A stretch of DNA of 24,000 nucleotides from Draconibacterium halophilum. Lineage in GTDB: Bacteria; Bacteroidota; Bacteroidia; Bacteroidales; Prolixibacteraceae. The stretch covers positions 2,332,037-2,356,036 of the forward strand of contig NZ_CP048409.1 of assembly GCF_010448835.1 (NCBI RefSeq), written 5' to 3'. The notes beneath the pieces were generated by a model that was not told the origin of the DNA, made no database searches, and was given only the letters and a program-made list of their open reading frames with translations. Position 1 is the stretch's first letter; the number at the start of each line of letters is the position of its first letter. Below, one piece after another: positions 16,878-24,000 of this stretch. The position numbers and the translations under genes are program-made.

Positions 16878-16941
16878 CTCAAGCAAAACATTTATAGTAC
16901 CCACCTTTTGTAATGGCAGGCGATTTCTATTGTTTCTGAGT

Positions 16942-18162
16942 TTATTCTTCTAAACTTGTAGGATGTATTCCTGGAGTTGGAACTAAATCATGCAAAAAAT
17001 CCTCTGAAGAATTATTGGTGTCTTTATAAATTACGCGGCTACCTATAATCATTTTTGCTTTACGTCGAACGGATAATGATGAATAAGTGCCCGCCTCTAT
17101 ATAGGTATAACCTGCATCCAACTCAACAGGAAGACGCTTATAAATATCATCTCTGTCAACACGAGCACATTCAACAGCATCAATAACAAATTCTCTGTCA
17201 ATCATGAGGTACTCAGTAGACGAAGAACTTCCTGGTTTTGTCATAAAATTACCGGTATCAGAAACGTAGCTTTCCCAATCATTATTAGGGAGTCGGAAAA
17301 GAACTTCTGCAGGGCCGAAAACTGAAGTCGACCAATCGTGCATGGCAGTATTCGTTGTATATATCATAGTGAGGTTTGGTACTGCAGAAGCATCCAAATC
17401 TTTGCCTGAAGATTCAACATAAGTCTCCCAATTGGCATCTCCAAGATTAACAGGTGAATTTGGATTTCCATTTTCATCGGTTCGATGATCGATACCATCA
17501 AGAGCAATTACAAAACTTTCACCAGGGAAAACAGGGTATTCGGTGCCATCACCCGGTACTATCCATGTATGAAAAGTTAAAGGTATTCTATCAAGTAATT
17601 CATCATTGTCGTCAACCCAGCTGGTAAGTGTTGAGGTTGAGGTTTGGGCATGGACTGCAATGCATAATCCATCAGCATATAGCGTATCTCCCGAGTTGTT
17701 ATATATTTCATGAAACTGATCGGAGTAATAAAATTTATCTTCAGGTGTTCTTGAACCGGAATAATAGATTTCTTTAAATATGAACCCACCGGTATTATCT
17801 ACCAAAATCAAATTCATTGCTATATCCGATTCTGCCATTAAAGAATAGTTAGATATTATTCCGTTAAAAATGTATTCCTCCCCATCGGTGCCAATAACAG
17901 AAAAGCTTGCTGTAAAATTATAATTTCCTTCAACCAGTTCAAAAATGGCGTTACCATCAGAAGTTGCTGTTACTGAAGTGGTTCTTGTGTTATTTGTGTT
18001 GGTAGCTGTAACAGTAACATTCTCTGGGAAATCTGCTACAGTAAATCCTTCAGGGTAACCTACCTTTACCGTAGTTATATAGCTGGGAGTAACATCATCT
18101 TTGCAGTTTGTTAGCAATAAACACATTAACAAGGATATGGTTATAAGTACAAATTTTCTCAT
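16942..18162 (-). CDS. Surface-exposed lipoprotein (resembles DUF4876)
   Basis: Signal peptide plus lipobox (MRKFVLITISLLMCLLLTNC) followed by KDD. It has an N-terminal Ig/carboxypeptidase-regulatory-like stretch (VTVTATNTNNTRTTSVTATSDGNAIFELVEGNYNFTASF) and then a larger beta-rich domain. Its 406-aa size and its position right after a TonB-dependent receptor match my recollection of DUF4876; not verified. Confidence 0.7.
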   Translation of the reverse strand: MRKFVLITISLLMCLLLTNCKDDVTPSYITTVKVGYPEGFTVADFPENVTVTATNTNNTRTTSVTATSDGNAIFELVEGNYNFTASFSVIGTDGEEYIFNGIISNYSLMAESDIAMNLILVDNTGGFIFKEIYYSGSRTPEDKFYYSDQFHEIYNNSGDTLYADGLCIAVHAQTSTSTLTSWVDDNDELLDRIPLTFHTWIVPGDGTEYPVFPGESFVIALDGIDHRTDENGNPNSPVNLGDANWETYVESSGKDLDASAVPNLTMIYTTNTAMHDWSTSVFGPAEVLFRLPNNDWESYVSDTGNFMTKPGSSSSTEYLMIDREFVIDAVECARVDRDDIYKRLPVELDAGYTYIEAGTYSSLSVRRKAKMIIGSRVIYKDTNNSSEDFLHDLVPTPGIHPTSLEE

Positions 18163-18190
18163 GATATAAATTATAAATCGGTTTAAATAT

Positions 18191-21054
18191 TTACAAACTA
18201 AATGTTAGGTTTGCTCCGAAGTAGGCAATTTGGTTTAATCTGGCATAGGTGCCGCTTCGTTTCACTTTATATAATGGCCGGTGATTAAACAGGTTGTATG
18301 CAAAAAACGACAACTTCGCAAATTTTCCAAATTCCTTGGTTAATTTTAAATTGAGTTGCCAGGTTATCGGATACGATTCCTCGTCATAAAAATCATCATC
18401 TTGCTTTTCTACCATAGTTGAGTAGGGGCTTCATACGAATACTTATCCTGCCATTTGTGGTAATCCATATCCATGTCATAAAAACCTACCGGATCCACAT
18501 AAATGATTTCCCCAGCAGAAAATTGGCCGTATAGCTTTTCGTTTTTCTCGCCTCTGGTATAGGCAGCAGGTGTTCCGGATTCGTTTTCCCAAAAATTTTC
18601 AAACTTATTCATCCAAATTGTTTGAAGGTTGAGTGAAAAAATCATTTTGAGTTTAGGAATATGGGTGATGGTTTGGATGTTGGAATTTAAACGTTGCGTA
18701 ATAATGCCAGAGTTTCCCGGCAAAACAGAAAGATATGGATAATAGTCTCCCTGGTACGATGAAGTTATCCTTTCCAAAAACGGTACAGCATGCCTGGATC
18801 TTTTTATGTGATAATAAGCACCGTCAACCATCAACTCTGTTTTTATCGGATTTATACGACCAAAGTTAATAACATATTCAATTCCTTTCTTGTCGACGCT
18901 ATAGTTATTTATCGGTGACTTGTATCTTTCGAATTCATTTTCCTGCCCATAAGGCAATATTCGGATGTCTCCATTCTCCTCGTAGGTAATTTCTCCGTTA
19001 TCAAAAACCGGTAAGAATCCCTTTCCCAAATCATCCCATTTTCGGTAATTTATTGAAAAGTATTGGTATTCCCAGCTGTAGCCATTTCTGATTCTCTCGC
19101 TAAATCCGGTAACAATAAATTTTATGCCTTTAATGTTGAAGTCGGCTCCCAATTCATATTTTTTATTTGACATTGGTTTTAAGCTCGGATTGCTGGTGTC
19201 TTCAATAACTTCTGTTGTTGAAACAATTAATTCCGGTGAGTAATTAAAACTCAGTTTGTCAATATAAGCGGCATCCGGATACATGTGCAACATAGTAGGT
19301 GTTTTTGATGTTTTTCCGAAGCCACCTCGGAGTGTAAGGTTGCGAAGTATTCTTTTTGTGTCGTTATCTGTTATTTTGTAGGCGACATTTATTCTTGGTT
19401 CCAGAGCGTTAAATCCATTGGTAGAGAAGATCCCTTTTGGAAGGAAATTGTTGTAGCGTATCCCTATTTGAGCTTCCAGGTTGTTAGTGCCAATTGGCAG
19501 GTTTATTCTATCTTCGGCAAAAAGAGCCAGTTTTTTGCTTGCCGGAATATCTTTAAATGCACGGGGCCGGGTTTCAATTGCATTTCTTGGCGGCCGGGTT
19601 AGGTCGTACAGCCTGCCTTCTCCATTATTGCCTGAAACCCGCCAGTCAAAACCATACAATACTTTGTGGCTCATTTTTCCAATTTTCCATCTTGAATCGA
19701 GTTTAATTGTTGCAAAATAATTGTAAGGTTTACCATCAACGTTTAGTTCGGAATAATAACTCGATGGTAAAATATTTACAGCATATTCTCCTGCTAAGTA
19801 GCTTGTTGGGATGGGAGTAGCAGAAGTGGTATTTAATGTATAGTTGTAAAAGTTCTGCTGTTTAAAGCTACCCGATAAGTTATAAGATAAGTTGCCAAGC
19901 CACCATTTTTGAAGCGACCATTTTCCGTAAATTTTCAAATCTAAACCAGATTCTCTTTCGCGCTGACGTTCCAGTTTTCGCTGGTCCGGATCTTTCTTTT
20001 CGTCATCAAGTGTGCGAAAATAATTTCCCTTAAAATTTATACTTAAGGGATTATGTTTCTTAAAAAGGGTATTTGAGTAGCCAAATTGTCCGTTTATTCT
20101 TTTATAAATACTTGCAGGTTCTCTCAAATCATCATATGAATGGGTATAGTCAAATTCAATATTTACAGCTCCTTTGTTTTCACCTTCAAGCAAAAATCCT
20201 TTGGAAATTGCGACTTGTTTAATTTTTGGGTCGGTTTTCACTTTTCCTTTAAGAGGCGTTTTTCCTGATTTTGTTTTTATCAGCACTACACCAGTTGTTA
20301 AATCGCCGTATTGTACTGATGGAATTCCCCGGATAACTTCTACGGATTCGATAAAATCCGTTGATATTTGACGAATATCTATTCCGCCTCCAGCTGTGGA
20401 ATATGCATTTGATTGACCTTGTGTGGTTGTATTTACTGATTGCATATTTGCATCATTGTCCATTGGTGTTCCATCAATAATAATTGCAGTTCCTAAAGCA
20501 TCATTGGAATTAGCTGGTCTGGTTCTGTCTTCTCCCGAGTAGGTGTTTATATCCCTGATTGTTATTTGATTGGCCTTTGACAAATCGGGATTTAAAGAAA
20601 TCTGGCCGGGAGCCAACTGCATAATATCGGAAAGACTTGTAGGCTGTGAATGTTCAATCGCAACATTCTCGATGGTTGAAGATGAACTTAAACTGGTATT
20701 CTCCCGGGCTACAACAGTTATTTCATTCAATCCGAGAGAGCTAACCTCCATAGATATATTGTAGCTCGCAATATTTCGTTTAATTTCAACTGGTTTCTCG
20801 TACCTTTCGTAACCTAAGCACGAAGCTTGTATCGTATATATTCCTTCTGGAATATCATCAAAATTAAACTCACCATTTAAATCCGATGTTGTCCATCGAT
20901 TTAGCTCCAATAATTGTATGGCAACTAAACCTATTTGGTCTTTGGTTTCGATGTGCTCAACCACTCCGGAAAAATTATAAGTATTTTGAGCAAACAGATA
21001 TAAAGGTAGTGTTGTAATTACCAGGGAAATTATATGCTTTAAAAATTGGTTCAT
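18191..21054 (-). pseudogene. TonB-dependent receptor with N-terminal CarboxypepD_reg-like domain, interrupted by a frameshift near 18425-18428
   Basis: The 881-aa ORF 18409-21054 has a signal peptide, a CarboxypepD_reg-like domain (FSGVVEHIETKDQIGLVAIQLLE ... GIYTIQASCLGYE) and a TonB-box-like EITVVA. It also has a plug (IESVEVIRGIPSVQYGDLTTGVVLIKTK) and a long barrel. The last barrel strands (PITWQLNLKLTKEFGKFAKLSFFAYNLFN ... YFGANLTFSL) lie in another frame, in ORF 18191-18415, which is open up to 18430. One extra nt in the G4 run at 18425-18428 (C4 on the coding strand) fuses them as ...YEAPYSTMVEKQDDDFYDEESYPITW... Confidence 0.85.
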
Positions 21055-21302
21055 ATGTTCACTCGAAAACGACTCTTTTACTCTGTTCTTTTAATACCAC
21101 TTCATTATTGTTTTAATTGTGGAATTTCCTGTTTTTGCAATAAAATTTTAAATATAGTCAATATTTGAGGTCAACGATTTGTTTACGTACAATTTGAGAA
21201 TATACGTCTTCTAAAAAGAATTGTAGAAAGATGATGAGGTAATTGTAAGGTTAAATTTATTTACTGAGAAAAAGCAGGGAGATTTTCAAATTAAAACAGG
21301 GT

Positions 21303-21737
21303 TTAGTTATCCTGTTGGTAAATATTCATCTTTTCAAGTGCCTCAATTGCTTCATCGATCGAAAGATAAAGGTCACCTTCTTTTTCGTCCCATACCTGGC
21401 CTTTGTTTATTCCTCTTAAACTGCAATCTATTGTTTCATTCAGAATTACCGTTTCAATGGCTTTCATTTTTACCGAATTTTCGTCTATTTGAACCACTTT
21501 GGCTTTAACGGGTTTCCCTTTCACCGGTTTATCATTTTTAGTTACCTGAATAACCAAACCATAGCAAATTCTCCCTTCTTCTACCCACACCGGAATCTTT
21601 GCTTTTAAGGAATCGCTCATTTCTACTTTTTTCTCACTGTAGGTGTATGAGGCTATTTCTTCCGATTTTTTTGAAGAATCACAACTGATAATGCCTATTG
21701 AGGTTAACAGACCAACAAATAATACCAGTTTTTTCAT
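21303..21737 (-). CDS. Small lipoprotein of unknown function
   Basis: Signal peptide with lipobox Cys (MKKLVLFVGLLTSIGIISC), 144 aa, Lys-rich and beta-rich middle region. No recognisable family motif. Confidence 0.55.
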   Translation of the reverse strand: MKKLVLFVGLLTSIGIISCDSSKKSEEIASYTYSEKKVEMSDSLKAKIPVWVEEGRICYGLVIQVTKNDKPVKGKPVKAKVVQIDENSVKMKAIETVILNETIDCSLRGINKGQVWDEKEGDLYLSIDEAIEALEKMNIYQQDN

Positions 21738-21877
21738 GCAATAAAAAAGTTTGACCCAAAAGAATAATGCAATGTTCTTTCTTATAATACCCCGGCCTTA
21801 GCAGATGTTTCTTAAGAACAGAGGTAAATGTAGCAAATATCATCGAAACATGGCTTGGGAGTGGTTTATTGTTAACG

Positions 21878-21915
21878 AAAAAAGCCATTTCCTAACTGAG
21901 GAGGAAATGGCTTTT
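21878..21915 (-). terminator. Rho-independent terminator of tpiA
   Basis: 13-bp perfect inverted repeat, AAAAGCCATTTCC (21880-21892) and GGAAATGGCTTTT (21903-21915), with a 10-nt loop. It starts 25 nt downstream of the tpiA stop. On the minus-strand transcript the GC-containing stem is followed by a run of six U. Confidence 0.75.
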
Positions 21916-21939
21916 CAATATTTTTTAATGGCTTATAAC

Positions 21940-22698
21940 CTAGAATCCGTTGATGATTCCAATAAAGTCTTCAGCTTTTAATGAAGCACCACCAATTAAA
22001 CCACCGTCAACATCTTTGTTGGCGAATAATTCTTTTGCGTTGCTTGGTTTACAGCTACCACCGTAAAGAATCGAAGTTCCTTCAGCAACTTCCTCGCCAA
22101 ATTTGGCCGTAATTGCAGCGCGAATATTAGCGTGCATATCCTGAGCCTGGTCAGAACTTGCAGTAACACCTGTGCCAATTGCCCAGATTGGCTCGTAAGC
22201 AATAACGATTTTCTTGAAATCGTCGGCTGACAGTTGGAAAACTGTTTCTTCCAATTGGTTTACAACATATTCGTTGTGTGTGCCTGCTTCGCGAATATCC
22301 AAAGCTTCACCACAGCAATAAATCGGAGTTAATCCGTTTTCTAACGTAAGGGCTACTTTTTTATTAAGAATTTCACTTGTTTCACCGTAGTATTCACGAC
22401 GCTCAGAGTGACCTAAAATAACATATTCGGCACCGGTTGATTTTACCATTTCAGCAGAAACTTCACCTGTGTAAGCTCCTTTGGCTTCAGCAGCACAGTT
22501 TTGAGCTGATACACCAATTCTGTCAGTATTAACTGTTTCAACTACTTTTGTAATGTGTGTAAATGGTGTTCCCAATACAACAACTACATCGTTAGCACCT
22601 TCGCTCGCTACAATGGCGTCAACAGCTTTTGCCAACTCAACACCTTCTTGCAAGGTGGTGTTACATTTCCAGTTTCCTGCAACTATTTTTTGTCTCAT
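21940..22698 (-). CDS. tpiA: Triosephosphate isomerase
   Basis: Canonical TIM blocks: [16 protein letters not shown], the active-site [11 protein letters not shown], and ILYGGS ... [10 protein letters not shown]. 252 aa. Confidence 0.95.
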   Translation of the reverse strand: MRQKIVAGNWKCNTTLQEGVELAKAVDAIVASEGANDVVVVLGTPFTHITKVVETVNTDRIGVSAQNCAAEAKGAYTGEVSAEMVKSTGAEYVILGHSERREYYGETSEILNKKVALTLENGLTPIYCCGEALDIREAGTHNEYVVNQLEETVFQLSADDFKKIVIAYEPIWAIGTGVTASSDQAQDMHANIRAAITAKFGEEVAEGTSILYGGSCKPSNAKELFANKDVDGGLIGGASLKAEDFIGIINGF

Positions 22699-22837
22699 AT
22701 TATTGAATTTTAGTTTATTAGATTTTCAAAAATCGATCACAAATTTAACCGAATTAATTGATTCGCGGGCTATTGAAAATAATGCTTAAATACAATTAAC
22801 TATTTGTTTACGGAATTTAAAGCAGTAAGCACGGGTT

Positions 22838-23968
22838 TTATTCGTTTATAAACTCGCTTTCAATTTCTTGCGGAGTTGGAATATCATTGTAATGCCATTT
22901 TCCCAGAATCGTTCCGTCTTTCATTACAATCAAGCCCGGGTTGGAACGAATCATTGTTTTTAAGGTAATTTCGTCAGCATTAAAGAATTCGTAAGGAGCC
23001 TGATTTTTTTCAGCAAATTGCATCGCTTCGTCTTGCAAAGTTGAGGTAAGGCAAATAAACGAATACCCCTGATCCATTGCCCAATGCGCCAATGCATTTA
23101 TTTTGTCCTGCGATTTAGTGCTGGTTTTATGCAGATCGTAGGCCACCAATATAAAAACATAATTCTCGTCGTAAATAAAAAAGTCTTTTATATCATCTCC
23201 TTCGGGCGATTCAATTATAAAATTATGAATTGGTGGTTCATAGCCCTCCTGCACCAAGTTTGATTCCATGTCGTGATATTCCCAGTTTACAGTGTCTTGC
23301 CACGGGTAGTTGTCTTCGGTGAATTCTTTCACCTCGCCGCTGTTTTTGTTTTTATAGTAGAATATATTCTCATAGATTTCCTGTGGTGCATCATCGGGGA
23401 TACTCATTGCTTCAGGAATATTGGTACCCACTTTATAAGGTCTGAAATCAAAAATTGGTAGATGATTGTACGAATAGAAAACAATACCAAAATAAACGAT
23501 AAAAACACCAATACTCATAATGGCCGGTACTTTGCTTTTTACTTTGTCGGCAAACCAGTTGCGGTTAGCTACAACAATAATGGCCAGCACAATAAATACC
23601 AGGTTTTTATAAAATGTTTCCCAGTTTGAAATTACCAGTGCATCGCCAAAACAGCCGCAGTCGGTTACCGGGTTTTTTAGTGCGATCCAAAGGGTAAGCG
23701 GCGTAAAAAAGACCATAAATGCCAGCCCCAGCCACGAAAATAGGCGCATCCGCCAGTTAAATAAAAAGGCTACACCAATGGCAAACTCGGCAAAAGCCAG
23801 GAGAACGCCCAGCGGAAAAGCTGCCCAAAGCATCCAATCCAGACCCATGGCATTAAAGTAGTCGGTAAATTTGTAGGCCGAACCCCAGGGATCAATTCCC
23901 TTTACAAATCCAGAAAAAATAAAAACAATACCAAAAAGAATTCGGGCGAGCTGTTTTACAATATTCAT
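22838..23968 (-). CDS. MauE/DoxX-like membrane domain fused to a thioredoxin-fold (TlpA-like) domain lacking CxxC
   Basis: The N-terminal 170 aa or so form four to five TM helices with the MauE-type DCGCFG motif (codons 23651-23659). The C-terminal 190 aa or so show a thioredoxin-like pattern (YVFILVAYD ... FICLTS ... NPGLIVMKDGTILGKW), with no Cys pair where CxxC would sit. Confidence 0.7.
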   Translation of the reverse strand: MNIVKQLARILFGIVFIFSGFVKGIDPWGSAYKFTDYFNAMGLDWMLWAAFPLGVLLAFAEFAIGVAFLFNWRMRLFSWLGLAFMVFFTPLTLWIALKNPVTDCGCFGDALVISNWETFYKNLVFIVLAIIVVANRNWFADKVKSKVPAIMSIGVFIVYFGIVFYSYNHLPIFDFRPYKVGTNIPEAMSIPDDAPQEIYENIFYYKNKNSGEVKEFTEDNYPWQDTVNWEYHDMESNLVQEGYEPPIHNFIIESPEGDDIKDFFIYDENYVFILVAYDLHKTSTKSQDKINALAHWAMDQGYSFICLTSTLQDEAMQFAEKNQAPYEFFNADEITLKTMIRSNPGLIVMKDGTILGKWHYNDIPTPQEIESEFINE

Positions 23969-24000
23969 AGAGTGATTTTATTCTTCGTTTTCAAATTCAA

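Noticed and set aside
21055-21302. Possible riboswitch (cobalamin or TPP) in the 248-nt leader of the TonB-dependent receptor. CTGAGA occurs at about 21264-21269.
   Set aside because: The hexamer is on the wrong strand for the receptor gene. I could find no B12-box-like or other GC-rich conserved core in either orientation, and the leader is AT-rich and unstructured by eye.
21679-21888. 69-aa minus-strand ORF between tpiA and the small lipoprotein gene.
   Set aside because: It begins inside the tpiA terminator hairpin and overlaps the lipoprotein signal peptide in another frame. It has no motif support.
1-24000. Looked for CRISPR repeats, IS or transposon ends, integrase or recombinase genes, toxin-antitoxin pairs and phage remnants.
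   Set aside because: I noticed no regularly spaced repeats and no ORF with transposase, integrase or toxin motifs. Every intergenic region is at most about 250 nt.

Overview
Gene-dense chromosomal window with 24 protein-coding genes, two of them frameshifted. It looks like a Bacteroidota genome: roughly 40% GC by eye, a TonB-dependent receptor with an N-terminal carboxypeptidase-regulatory-like domain, and a lipoprotein with a K-D-D surface-export signal after the lipobox Cys. (i) 1-5820 is a molybdenum-cofactor module. It holds the 3' 1.5 kb of an IorB-like xanthine-dehydrogenase-family molybdopterin subunit, a convergent moaA-moaD-moaE-moeB string, and a divergent XdhC-like chaperone plus MocA-like nucleotidyltransferase. 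(ii) 5869-12417 holds housekeeping genes: rsmE, cydAB, a SixA-like phosphatase, an ABM-domain protein, a YfcE-like phosphoesterase, a single-HKD PLD/Nuc-like protein and prmA. (iii) 12489-21054 is the most interesting part. It is a tightly packed six-gene minus-strand cluster: TonB-dependent receptor, surface lipoprotein, second predicted beta-barrel, divergent ABC ATPase, ABC-2-type permease and a bitopic periplasmic protein. Three of these products appear to belong to function-unknown DUF families. The two outer-membrane genes each carry a frameshift at a short G/C homopolymer. (iv) 21303-23968 holds a small lipoprotein, tpiA with a clean intrinsic terminator, and a MauE/DoxX-like membrane domain fused to a CxxC-less thioredoxin-fold domain. 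I found no rRNA, tRNA, CRISPR array, transposase, integrase or phage genes. All family assignments are by-eye motif recognition on the supplied translations, and no database search was run. Several ORF-track starts are alternative codons or upstream extensions and were trimmed to the first plausible ATG.
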